Source of the DNA: a virus
Direction: 5' to 3' (one strand)
Virus record (IMG/VR): IMGVR_UViG_3300030333_008666
Location: 1 to 64,000 of that record
DNA length: 64,000 nucleotides
Program-made: the position numbers and the translations under genes
Shown: in pieces, positions 39,214-48,455 of the stretch
How the letters are laid out: every line of letters begins with the position of its first letter
Numbering within the stretch: the first letter of the stretch is position 1
The notes under the pieces: generated by a model
What the model was told of the DNA's origin: nothing
Seen by the model: the letters and a program-made list of their open reading frames with translations, nothing else
The model's database searches: none

Positions 39214-39908
39214 TTTTCTTGACCCTTGCCGAAATGCAACTCCAGCAGATTAAATTGTTCTTGAGTGTCGATCTCTATCACACTTTCAGTGACGTACGGA
39301 GATATCTTTTCGCCATATGTTGAACCACCATCAACTGTTGATTTTTTTATTATATCAATGTATCCGTTTGGATGATAGGCCACAGGGAATCTCTGTCGGG
39401 GGAGGTCCGCATAATCTTTGATACCCTCGAAATCTTCAAACAAGCCAACACAAAATCCGTCCGCATTGATTTTAAAAAATTTATATGGTGACTCAGGGAG
39501 AGCATGCATAGAACGAAGACCTGTGGCGTCCTGAACGAGCGCTCGACCATAATATACAGCAATTGCATCATCTAGAGTTTTTGGATTTCTAATTGGTGTC
39601 GTTGGTCGAATAAAGGCAACTTCGCTGACGTCTATCTGGGAAAAGAAGTGTTCAAGTACCCCGAGGTCAGGAGACTCATCTTTTGACAACTCTGCGGGTC
39701 TTAAAAATGGCACCTCTGCGCCATAATGCTTTGAAATAGCTGCTATTTCTTCATCTTCGGTGGAAACAATAATCCGCCCAATTCTAGCACTTGCTTGACA
39801 GGCTTTTATTGAGTGCGCAATCAAAGGTATTCCGCCTAGTAATTTTATATTTTTCCTAGGAACACCCTTGCTCCCGCCCCGGGCGGGTATCAGCGCCGTC
39901 ATTGCCAT
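39210..39908 (-). CDS. neuA: Acylneuraminate (ulosonic acid) cytidylyltransferase, 232 aa
   Basis: IPARGGSKGVPRKNIK, VPFLRPAEL, PTTPIR, IEIDT. Confidence 0.9.
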   Translation of the reverse strand: MAMTALIPARGGSKGVPRKNIKLLGGIPLIAHSIKACQASARIGRIIVSTEDEEIAAISKHYGAEVPFLRPAELSKDESPDLGVLEHFFSQIDVSEVAFIRPTTPIRNPKTLDDAIAVYYGRALVQDATGLRSMHALPESPYKFFKINADGFCVGLFEDFEGIKDYADLPRQRFPVAYHPNGYIDIIKKSTVDGGSTYGEKISPYVTESVIEIDTQEQFNLLELHFGKGQEK

Positions 39909-39910
39909 AA

Positions 39911-40750
39911 TTAAAGAGTATCAACAGTGCGAAGCTTCTTGGCAATTTGCAATTCTACCTCTGTTACTCGCTTAACACCGTCGCCTAGGCTTTTTTCAAT
40001 CTCACGAATATATTGAGTAAGTTTTCGCAGCCCACCAACTTCCAAAGAGGATGCCTGATCTGAGCCATACATCGAGCGATCCAATGTGATGTGCCTTTCA
40101 ACACTAGTTGCGCCCAAGGTAACAGCTGCACAAGTCACAATGATTCCAACTTCGTGGCCACTATATCCAACATCACAATTAAAAGTTTCTTGCAAAGTTT
40201 GGATCGTTCTCAGGTTGGCATCTTCTGTTTTCATTGGATAACTACTGTTGCAGTGCATAAGCTCAAACGGACAATTCGCATCCTTGAAAATCTTAACTGC
40301 ATCTGTAATCTGCTCCAGTGTGCTCATCCCTGTAGAAATAAAAGTGTGGCGACCCTCCTCTGCAATTGCTTCCAGCAGTTTTCGATGCGTCAACATTGCA
40401 GATGCCACCTTATTATATTTTAAATTATAATTGCGAATGAACAATTGACTTTCTACATCCCAAGCGGATGCCGTCCACTCGATGCCTTTAGAGCGACAAT
40501 AACGGTCGATCTCATCGTAATCTTTTTTGGTGAATTCGAGACCAAGCTTCTGCTCGCGGTTGGTGGTGCCCCATGGGCTTTCGCGTGGACGATCTAGATC
40601 TGCCGCAGAATAAACAGCCTCGACTGTTCTTTTTTGAAATTTAACCAACTGACAATCGCTCTCAACAGCTGCGTCGATTAGTTGCTTGGCGATGTTCAAA
40701 TCGCCGTTGTGATTGATGCCGATTTCAGCAATAATAAAAGTCTTACTCAT
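39911..40750 (-). CDS. neuB: N-acetylneuraminate synthase-family (NeuB) enzyme, short form without the antifreeze/SAF domain, 279 aa
   Basis: IIAEIGINHNGD, VKFQ, ISTGM, MHCNSSYP, GYSGHE, ERHITLD. Confidence 0.92.
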   Translation of the reverse strand: MSKTFIIAEIGINHNGDLNIAKQLIDAAVESDCQLVKFQKRTVEAVYSAADLDRPRESPWGTTNREQKLGLEFTKKDYDEIDRYCRSKGIEWTASAWDVESQLFIRNYNLKYNKVASAMLTHRKLLEAIAEEGRHTFISTGMSTLEQITDAVKIFKDANCPFELMHCNSSYPMKTEDANLRTIQTLQETFNCDVGYSGHEVGIIVTCAAVTLGATSVERHITLDRSMYGSDQASSLEVGGLRKLTQYIREIEKSLGDGVKRVTEVELQIAKKLRTVDTL

Positions 40751-40800
40751 TTTTTTTCCTTAGTGAAAACAAGGGGAAACACCCTTTGTGCTTAATTGTT

Positions 40801-40829
40801 ATTTTAACATATTCTACAATTGTTTTAAA
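40801..40829 (-). promoter_or_regulatory. Sigma70-type promoter upstream of neuB
   Basis: TTTAAA-17 nt-TAAAAT with an extended -10 TG, in the only sizeable intergenic gap of the sugar island. Confidence 0.55.
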
Positions 40830-40833
40830 AAAA

Positions 40834-41784
40834 TTATTTAATTGAAAGAGGGCCCTTCTCAAAAGAATCGTACCAAGCGCCAGGATGTAAATTGACAATC
40901 TTTACGCCCTTCTTTTTGGCGCTAGCATTGACAATGTTAAAATCATTCAACACATGGTTCCCTATAACCTTCCAATGGCCTACGGCGCCTGGGGGGATAA
41001 ACCTTTCTGAATTTTGATTGTTTTTTGCATAGCCGGTGGTATAATCTAAATCAACTCCCGCAAGATAAATTGGATTACACCCCATTAATATAGCGAAAGA
41101 CAGAGCAAAAACCGCAACAGTGCATCCGGTGCCATAGTGCTTATCAAAACCCGTGTATTCCTGAAGCTCTTCCTGAAGGGTTTTGCGGCTTGAGTCAATC
41201 CTGTGGCAGCACTTTTTTGTTTTCGACCATGCTGCACATGGATAGTTCATAAAAACAGGATCGCATCTCACCTTCTCATAAGCGGCTCGATCAGCTGGCT
41301 GCCACATGTACGGATTGTTCCCATAAAAAGAATATTCTAAGCTTTGGCGTGCTTCGAAGAACTTTCGAAAATTATTAAGTATTTTTGTGCACGTATGCCC
41401 TTTGAAGTGTCTTGTATCATATGGTAAATAATCAAACTTGCCCAGCTGGTCGATGAGATCATAATCAGTCATGTCAGCATTGTCGGCGAAAAGAACCGGC
41501 ACGTTAAAAACATTATAAGCATCGGCAGGGTATCCTTGATACTGCCACCAGCCATCGTTTAACAGTCCAGACTTTAAAGTGAACTCTCCGTTTGATATAA
41601 CCCAGTAATCTGGCTTGGTTTCAAAATAATCGAACCAGTTATTAACTGAGATTCTTAGCAGTTTGTCTTCCATTTGCAGTTTTTGTATTTGCTCTTTAAA
41701 CGGATCGATGCTCGGGCCATGGCCTGCAATTACACATGGTTTACCTTTGTGTTTGTCAATTATATCCTTGTATGATAACTTCAT
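40834..41784 (-). CDS. Maf/DUF115 (MptE-like) family putative nonulosonic-acid glycosyltransferase, ~316 aa
   Basis: KHKGKPCVIAGHGPSI, ISVNN...PDYWVI, TVAVFALSFAILMGCNPIYLAGVDLDY. Adjacent to neuB/neuA. Start set at ATG 41784. Confidence 0.72.
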   Translation of the reverse strand: MKLSYKDIIDKHKGKPCVIAGHGPSIDPFKEQIQKLQMEDKLLRISVNNWFDYFETKPDYWVISNGEFTLKSGLLNDGWWQYQGYPADAYNVFNVPVLFADNADMTDYDLIDQLGKFDYLPYDTRHFKGHTCTKILNNFRKFFEARQSLEYSFYGNNPYMWQPADRAAYEKVRCDPVFMNYPCAAWSKTKKCCHRIDSSRKTLQEELQEYTGFDKHYGTGCTVAVFALSFAILMGCNPIYLAGVDLDYTTGYAKNNQNSERFIPPGAVGHWKVIGNHVLNDFNIVNASAKKKGVKIVNLHPGAWYDSFEKGPLSIK

Positions 41785-41794
41785 GTGTGCCTCC

Positions 41795-42739
41795 CTACCA
41801 TTTAAAATTCTCTTTATAATACTTGACAATGGCAGGCAGTTCTTTATCAAAAACTCTTTGAGGAGCCCAACCTAAGCCTCTAAGTTTAGTGTCGTCAAGA
41901 GCATAGCGAACGTCCTGACCTTTTCTTTTGTAAGAGAAGTCAATCCACTCGGTGTCTTTTGAGGGCTTGTAAGTATTAATAATTTTATTCACAGTCTCCA
42001 GATTGGTTTGTTCAAAGCCGCCAGCCACATTGTATATTTCGTTCATTTTTCCAGATTCAATGATGGTCATAACTGCCGCTGCTGTGTCATCTGCATGGAG
42101 CCAGTTTCTAATTGGTGTACCATCATTATGAAGTCGAATCTTCTTTTTTCGATTTAAATTTTTAACTGACAAGGGTATTAATTTTTCTGGATATTGTCCT
42201 ATTCCGTAATTGTTGGTGGGCCTTAAGATAATATAATTTATATCATATGTTCTGGCCCAAGCTAGCACCAGCATGTCAGCCGCGGCTTTGGCGGCCGAGT
42301 ATGGATTGCTGGGCTTAAGCATATCTGTCTCTACGTGCGCACCATGATCAATATCTCCGTAAACCTCATCTGTGCTGAAGTGGAAAAAGATTGGGCGACT
42401 GCCAACGTTAACTGGTTTAAATCGTATGAGATCTAGCAGGTTCTTTGTGCCAATAATATTACTATCAATAAATTCATCACTGTTGATTATGCTATTCCCC
42501 ACGTGGGACTCAGCGGCGGTATTAATCACATAATCACAATCATACAAATGTTTTAAATCTTTAATGTCAGTATTTTCAAATCTGAACGTTTTATAGGCCT
42601 CAAATTCTTTTAAATATTCTACATTTGCAGCGTAGGTGCATTTATCTACACCATATACTCTCCAGCCCATCTGCAGACATTTTCGAGTGACATAGGAGCC
42701 AATAAATCCTAAACAACCAGTGATATAGACAATTTTCAT
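41795..42739 (-). CDS. rmlB: dTDP-glucose 4,6-dehydratase family, 314 aa
   Basis: ITGCLGFIG, DKCTYAAN, AAESHV, FSTDEVYG, PSNPYSAAK, NNYG..QYPEKLIP. Confidence 0.9.
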   Translation of the reverse strand: MKIVYITGCLGFIGSYVTRKCLQMGWRVYGVDKCTYAANVEYLKEFEAYKTFRFENTDIKDLKHLYDCDYVINTAAESHVGNSIINSDEFIDSNIIGTKNLLDLIRFKPVNVGSRPIFFHFSTDEVYGDIDHGAHVETDMLKPSNPYSAAKAAADMLVLAWARTYDINYIILRPTNNYGIGQYPEKLIPLSVKNLNRKKKIRLHNDGTPIRNWLHADDTAAAVMTIIESGKMNEIYNVAGGFEQTNLETVNKIINTYKPSKDTEWIDFSYKRKGQDVRYALDDTKLRGLGWAPQRVFDKELPAIVKYYKENFKW

Positions 42740-44085
42740 TTAAAAAACTCCTTCACGGTTTCCTCAATATAATCAAGCTTTTCTTCTGTTATACCGGCAT
42801 AAGTGCCTAGAAAAAAAGAGTTTTTTGTAACTTCGTGCGCAATCGGGAAACGCTCTTTTAAGTTATTGTACTTTTGAGCCAGGCCCTGATACCCGGGATG
42901 ATATAGAATGTTGCCAGAGAAGTACGAGCGAGTCTGAATCTTTGCTCTTTCCAAATGAGAGACAAGTTCGTATTTTGTGAATTTATCATTCTCCTTAACT
43001 GTTAGCAAAAAAGCAAACCAGTCTGGATCTGAATGAGGAGTTGCCTTTGGCAAGTGAAGATATTGTTCATACGGTTTAAAAATCTTTGTGAGTCGATTAA
43101 AGTTTTCCTTCCGAGACTCGTGAAATCCATCAATCTTTTTCATCTGCTCAAGGCCAATGGCCGCTTGTAATTCAAGTGGTTTTAAGTTATATCCGATCTC
43201 ATCAAAAACATACCTATGATCGTATTTAATCTCTGGTGCGCCGGGTAGCCAACCTCGAAAACGATTGCCGCATGCGGTTCCACACATGACATTGCCGGGT
43301 TTCTGACTGTTACAATAACATGCTCGACCCCAATCGCGAAAACTAGCCAATACCTGTCTTAATTTGGCAGAATCAGCAGCGACATAGCCACCCTCTCCGA
43401 GTGTGATATGATGGGCAGGGTAGAAAGAACACGTAGACATAGCACCAAAAGATCCAAGCTTTTTATCTTTATAAGTTGAGCCTAGAGCATCACAACAGTC
43501 TTCTAAAAATATCAAATCATATTTTTCAACCAAGTGCATCAACCTATCCATGTCTGGTGGATTTCCCAAAACATGAGCGAAAACAATGCCTTTGATGTCT
43601 CTATGAAGGTCGTTGCGCAATTGTCTCTCCACTTGATCTAGATCCAAATTCAAGCTTGGAAGTGTAACGTCAACAAATACTGGCTCAAAGCCGCACTGAA
43701 TTAGTGGATTCAACGTTGTTGGGAAACAAACGACAGGGGTAATGAATTTGTCTCCCTTTTTTAAAGGGAATCGCTTCTGGATGTATTTATCAGAAGATGT
43801 AAGCGCTGCCATCATTAAAAGATTAGCGGAGCTTCCAGAATTTGTCAGCACACCATCTTTCTTTCCTAAATGCTTGGCAAACGATGTTTCGAATTGACGA
43901 CCCTTTGATCCTAAAATCAACCAGCCGTCTAGTATCGCATCAACCGCTGCAACATACTCATCGCTAGAAAACATTGGACCCGAATAGGATACCCAATCTT
44001 GACCAGCAACAAAAGATTCCTGCTTCTCTGTGGCAACATATTGCTTTACCAGTGCTCTAATTTGATCTAGTATTTCTTGACTCAC
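42736..44085 (-). CDS. rfbH: CDP-4-keto-6-deoxy-D-glucose 3-dehydratase (RfbH/DdhC, E1), 449 aa
   Basis: EDCCDALGS, SFYPAHHITLGEGG (His replacing Lys), RDWGRACYC...CG..C Fe-S segment, YDHRY, GYNLK. Confidence 0.9.
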   Translation of the reverse strand: MSQEILDQIRALVKQYVATEKQESFVAGQDWVSYSGPMFSSDEYVAAVDAILDGWLILGSKGRQFETSFAKHLGKKDGVLTNSGSSANLLMMAALTSSDKYIQKRFPLKKGDKFITPVVCFPTTLNPLIQCGFEPVFVDVTLPSLNLDLDQVERQLRNDLHRDIKGIVFAHVLGNPPDMDRLMHLVEKYDLIFLEDCCDALGSTYKDKKLGSFGAMSTCSFYPAHHITLGEGGYVAADSAKLRQVLASFRDWGRACYCNSQKPGNVMCGTACGNRFRGWLPGAPEIKYDHRYVFDEIGYNLKPLELQAAIGLEQMKKIDGFHESRKENFNRLTKIFKPYEQYLHLPKATPHSDPDWFAFLLTVKENDKFTKYELVSHLERAKIQTRSYFSGNILYHPGYQGLAQKYNNLKERFPIAHEVTKNSFFLGTYAGITEEKLDYIEETVKEFFK

Positions 44086-44936
44086 ACTAACTCCATGAAT
44101 GTTTTTTCTATACCCGTTTGTAACCCATCAAGGGTAATATTATTTTCTTTAACTATCTGATGTAGCACTGAGCCAGAACCAGTATATGATTTTCCCATTT
44201 TGCTACTTTTGACAATCACTTGACCGGTCATGTTCTTTTGTGCATATACCAACTCAGCAACATCTTTCAATGTCTTCTTGGGACCATTATAACACATATT
44301 AACATCCGTTGGTAATTCTTTTGTTTCAAAATTGTTTATATAAACCTCAACAACTTTACACAAATCACCAACATAAAAATAATCCATCTTTTTGTCTTCT
44401 TCTATGACCATCTGTTGACTTTTCAAGCACCTAGTAATTGCAGTTTTTACTAGGCGAGTAGAGTTCTCTTTTGGGCCAAAACATCCAAAAAGTCTTAAGT
44501 TCACCATATTTTCATTGCGTAAGACATTTTTTGCCACAATCCGCTTCGACATCCCGTAATAATCAACTGGAAAGCGAGTGGATAACTCATTTTCCTTGAG
44601 ATTTTCGATACTTAGTGCTCTGTTGAATTCAGCGCCAGAAGCAAAGTTTATAAGCAGTTTAAAGCGATCTTTTTGGCGCTTTAAATTGTCAAACATGTGT
44701 ATGTTGTCAACAAAGTCTTGTTCAGCATCTTCTCTAATTCGACTGCCGCCTTTAACGGCGCAATGCAAAATGACATCGACTTTGTTTTTAATAAAAAAAT
44801 TACTAACAGAAGGCAGACTACAAAAATCTAAATTGCTTCGATTTGCCAGAAAGAGTTTATATCCCTTATCTGAAAAATGTTCTGTCAGTTCCCTTCCTAA
44901 AAATCCATTACACCCAGTGATTAAGATGTTTGTCAT
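44082..44936 (-). CDS. NAD-dependent epimerase/reductase, 284 aa
   Basis: ILITGCNGFLG, SGAEF, YGMSK, LRLFGCFG. Confidence 0.85.
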   Translation of the reverse strand: MTNILITGCNGFLGRELTEHFSDKGYKLFLANRSNLDFCSLPSVSNFFIKNKVDVILHCAVKGGSRIREDAEQDFVDNIHMFDNLKRQKDRFKLLINFASGAEFNRALSIENLKENELSTRFPVDYYGMSKRIVAKNVLRNENMVNLRLFGCFGPKENSTRLVKTAITRCLKSQQMVIEEDKKMDYFYVGDLCKVVEVYINNFETKELPTDVNMCYNGPKKTLKDVAELVYAQKNMTGQVIVKSSKMGKSYTGSGSVLHQIVKENNITLDGLQTGIEKTFMELV

Positions 44937-45910
44937 TTATTTCCATCAAACAGTGGGGGCTCATCTGGAAATGGCTCCACTTTCCGAACGACCGTGTTCG
45001 GAGTGACACAATGGTTGGTTGGAAACCCTTGATCAGTTTCATAAATAATTCTTTCATGTTTCCAGTTTCCACCGCCAAGCAGCTTCTCTAATTCACTCTC
45101 TTTGATCGCATAAAAATTTTCCTCTGCAGGAAATTTGCCAGACCTCACCTCGGCCGCATATTCCTTGAGCGCTGACTGCATGATTTGACCAGCTTCGCAG
45201 TATCTTTTCACAAATTTGGACTTAAATTCCCAGAAGAGACCCATCAGATCATGAAAAATAACAAGTTGGCCGTCCACTTTATCTCCAGCACCAATGCCAT
45301 ATACTGGGATTGATAATTCTCCAGCTATCATAGCAGCGGATTCACGAGGCATTCCCTCTAAAAGTAGAAAGTTGCAACCAGCGTCCTGCAATGCCAGTGC
45401 TTGCCCCAGAATAATTTCAGCTTGTTTTGCCGTCTTTCCTTGTACTCGATAGCCGCCAAGTTTAGCTCTGGTGTGTGGTGTGAGGCCCAGGTGGCTCATA
45501 ACCATAATCCCAGAATCAGCAATTGCTTTAATTCTCTCCACCATCGCCCCTTCTACCTTAACACAGTCCATTCCCGCTCTAACGAACCTTCCAGCATTAT
45601 ATACTGCCTCTTCGTTGGAAACCTGATAAGACATATAAGGCATATCACCAACCAGAAATGCATTTTTAGCTCCGCGGGAGACTGCCTCGCACGCACTAAT
45701 CATTTGATCCATTGTTACGGGGATTGTTGTTTTATGACCCAAGGTGGTCATCCCTAGGGAATCACCGACCAATATCGCATCTACGCCGGCGCCATCTGAT
45801 ATTACCGCCTGGGGATAATCATACGCCGTCGTCATAACTGTTTTGATGCCTTCTTTTTTTTGCCTTCTTAGTTTAAGGATTGTTACTTTATTTTTTTCAT
45901 CTGCTGGCAT
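44933..45910 (-). CDS. panB: 3-methyl-2-oxobutanoate (ketopantoate) hydroxymethyltransferase family, 325 aa
   Basis: TAYD, ILVGDSLG, GDMPY, VKVEG, HLGLTP, IGAG..DGQLV. Carries an extra C-terminal tail. Confidence 0.9.
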   Translation of the reverse strand: MPADEKNKVTILKLRRQKKEGIKTVMTTAYDYPQAVISDGAGVDAILVGDSLGMTTLGHKTTIPVTMDQMISACEAVSRGAKNAFLVGDMPYMSYQVSNEEAVYNAGRFVRAGMDCVKVEGAMVERIKAIADSGIMVMSHLGLTPHTRAKLGGYRVQGKTAKQAEIILGQALALQDAGCNFLLLEGMPRESAAMIAGELSIPVYGIGAGDKVDGQLVIFHDLMGLFWEFKSKFVKRYCEAGQIMQSALKEYAAEVRSGKFPAEENFYAIKESELEKLLGGGNWKHERIIYETDQGFPTNHCVTPNTVVRKVEPFPDEPPLFDGNK

Positions 45911-45919
45911 ATTCGCTCC

Positions 45920-47701
45920 TTATTCTTCCTCTAGTGGTGCCACAATCATATTCTTGTGAAACTCTTCTCTATCTAAAAATGGGTACATATCTTCAAGTGG
46001 CTTTGAGATGATTCTACCATCAGGAAGTTTTTTCGAACTTATTGTTGGTGAAACCATGTCCCACTTTTTGCAAATTACTTCACAAATCACCGGCCCATCA
46101 TATTTTAACACCTTTTTGATAGTTTTTTTAAGAGCTTTTGTCTTCGAAACTTTAAAGTACTTGATTCCATAGGCTTTTGCAATCTTCTTCAGATTTGGAA
46201 AAGAAACACCAGATTCCTTATCTGTGCCTATGAACCGATTATTAAAAAATTTTCTTTGTGTAGTCCGAATTGATAGATACCCATGGTTGTTCCACACAAA
46301 TGTTTTAATTGGCAGATTTTCATGTACTATGGTTTGCAGCTCTTGAATGTTTGTTTGAAACGAGCCATCTCCAGTAATTCCAACAACTTGGCCGGCACCT
46401 CTTGCGAAACTAACGCCAATGCTTGCCGGTATCGTAAAGCCCATATCTGCTTGGGCGCCTGATGTTATGTGTCTCTGTTGTTTTCTTATCTGCAAGGCTT
46501 GGGCTGGAACATAATATGCTGAACCTGCATCTGAAACAACTACTTCATCTTTGCCAGTGCTTTGAGCGAGATACTTCATAAAGCCATATAAACTTATCCC
46601 ACCTGTATCATCCTCGTGTTCCTTCAAGAAGATTGGCCAAAGGTCTTTCCACTGTTCACATGTTTTCGCCCATTTCGCTGGCGCTTTACCCAACTCAACG
46701 TTTTCTAAGAACTTTTTTGCATCCGAGTGAACGAAGTGATCAATTTTAACTGTGTCTTTTTGATGTTCTAGGGCGTCAACGTCAACAACAACCAATTTTG
46801 CTTCCCGAGCAAACAGTTCATAGCGATATCCCGTAACCGGCACACTCAGACGCGTACCAATTGCCAATATCAAGTCTGCATTTTGCATGGCAAAGTTGCC
46901 GGCACGAGAACCTTTTATGCCAATCCTTCCAATGTTCAGAGGGTGGTCGGTTGGTAACAGGTCGACGCCTAAAAATGTGCTAACAACTGGCACCTTGTGC
47001 TTTTCAATGAAGTTTTTAAATTTATTTACTGCGCCGGATAATCGTATGCCGTTTCCAGCTAATATAATTGGCCTCTCAGCCTTATAGAAAAGTTCTTCGG
47101 CGCGCTTAAGATCAGCAGCAATAGGGGCGATTTTTTCTTTTTCCGGCGGTGTATATCTTTTTAGTTTAGATGGGTCAATATCAGTGCCTTGCACGTCTAA
47201 TGGTATATCTATCCAAACTGGACCGGGACGTCCAGTGGTAGCTTCATTTATCGCCTTATCCAAGTGATAAGCAATGGTTTCTGGGTCATTTATCATGACT
47301 GCGTATTTTGTCATAGATTTTACCATTGCAATGGCATCTGCCTCTTGGACACCAAACTGTCTCAGCGGCAAATCAATATTATGAGTTGTTTGAGCTTTGT
47401 TAACTTGTCCTGAAATGAAGAGTGTTGGTAGATTGTCTTGCCATGCATCTAAAAGACCAGTGAGGGCATTAGATGCTCCACAGCCAGTTGTCACCATTGC
47501 GACGCCAATCTTATGGCTATATTTTCCATACCCAACAGCTGCCATGGCGCTAGCCTGCTCGTGATGATTGCAAACTGCTTTAAGATGTGGGTGTTTAGCC
47601 ACGCAATCGTTCAAATACATTGCGCCGCCGCCAGTGACAGTGAATACGTGCTCAACGCCAAGTTGATAGATTCTATCCGCTATGTAATCAACTAGTCTCA
47701 T
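45920..47701 (-). CDS. Acetolactate-synthase-like ThDP enzyme (YerE-like sugar C-branching candidate), 593 aa
   Basis: HHEQASAMAA, GRPGPVWIDIPLDVQ, GDGSFQTNIQEL...NNHGY. The TGGGAMYLND N-terminus is typical of homologues in polysaccharide loci. Confidence 0.85.
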   Translation of the reverse strand: MRLVDYIADRIYQLGVEHVFTVTGGGAMYLNDCVAKHPHLKAVCNHHEQASAMAAVGYGKYSHKIGVAMVTTGCGASNALTGLLDAWQDNLPTLFISGQVNKAQTTHNIDLPLRQFGVQEADAIAMVKSMTKYAVMINDPETIAYHLDKAINEATTGRPGPVWIDIPLDVQGTDIDPSKLKRYTPPEKEKIAPIAADLKRAEELFYKAERPIILAGNGIRLSGAVNKFKNFIEKHKVPVVSTFLGVDLLPTDHPLNIGRIGIKGSRAGNFAMQNADLILAIGTRLSVPVTGYRYELFAREAKLVVVDVDALEHQKDTVKIDHFVHSDAKKFLENVELGKAPAKWAKTCEQWKDLWPIFLKEHEDDTGGISLYGFMKYLAQSTGKDEVVVSDAGSAYYVPAQALQIRKQQRHITSGAQADMGFTIPASIGVSFARGAGQVVGITGDGSFQTNIQELQTIVHENLPIKTFVWNNHGYLSIRTTQRKFFNNRFIGTDKESGVSFPNLKKIAKAYGIKYFKVSKTKALKKTIKKVLKYDGPVICEVICKKWDMVSPTISSKKLPDGRIISKPLEDMYPFLDREEFHKNMIVAPLEEE

Positions 47702-48455
47702 TTAAAGTGTCGTCTTTGGCGGTGGGGGACCATTTTCGTGCCCAATATTCGCGGATGATATGATCGTAGCTTTTCTGCTCACGGTGCATACCCCACGTGG
47801 CTTGACCTTGGTGCCACCTGTAGTAATACCCCAGCCACTTGGGTATGGGATAAATAAAAACATCACTATCGGCTAAATTAAAATACAGATCATAATCTGC
47901 GGCTCCCAGATAATCTGCAGCGTTCCAAGTTAAGAGACCTTGATCATATAATTTACGACTAAAAACAACTGTCGGTGTGTTGACTGGACATTTCTCAAAT
48001 AAGCTGTTTTTAAATTCCGCCATACTCTTATATGAATGACCAACATCTTGCATCATATTGCCAGTATGCCCTTCGACACCTCTTATTGGACTCTGCAAGC
48101 ACAGCACCGTATCTGGCTTTGCAAGAAAATATTTCATGAAGTTTGAAACATAATCCGGAGCGATATAATCATCTGCCCCTAATATTGTTATGTAATCACC
48201 AGTGGATTGTTGGAGTGCCTCTTGCACTGGTTCTTCCCACGAATGGCGATACAAATTGGGCGCCGTTGCAGTTACGAGTGATTCATTTTGTGAAGCTAAT
48301 TTCTTTATAACAGCTAAACTGCCATCTGTGCTCTCATTATCAACAACAATAACTTCAACATTGTCATAAGTCTGTGCTAAAGCCGAAGAAACACTTTGTT
48401 CAATCCACGACTCTGCATTAAAGCACGGTATAATAATTGTCACGCGGGGTTTCAT
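47688..48455 (-). CDS. Glycosyltransferase family 2, 255 aa
   Basis: IIIPCFNAE, VVDNESTDGS, GADD (DxD-like), ADYDL. Confidence 0.9.
   Translation of the reverse strand: MKPRVTIIIPCFNAESWIEQSVSSALAQTYDNVEVIVVDNESTDGSLAVIKKLASQNESLVTATAPNLYRHSWEEPVQEALQQSTGDYITILGADDYIAPDYVSNFMKYFLAKPDTVLCLQSPIRGVEGHTGNMMQDVGHSYKSMAEFKNSLFEKCPVNTPTVVFSRKLYDQGLLTWNAADYLGAADYDLYFNLADSDVFIYPIPKWLGYYYRWHQGQATWGMHREQKSYDHIIREYWARKWSPTAKDDTLNETS

Noticed and set aside
44933-47701. ilvB + panB as a branched-chain amino acid or pantothenate operon
   Set aside because: No ilvH/ilvC/ilvD/panC/panE. Both genes are embedded among NDP-sugar genes, so a glycan role is preferred, though not proven.
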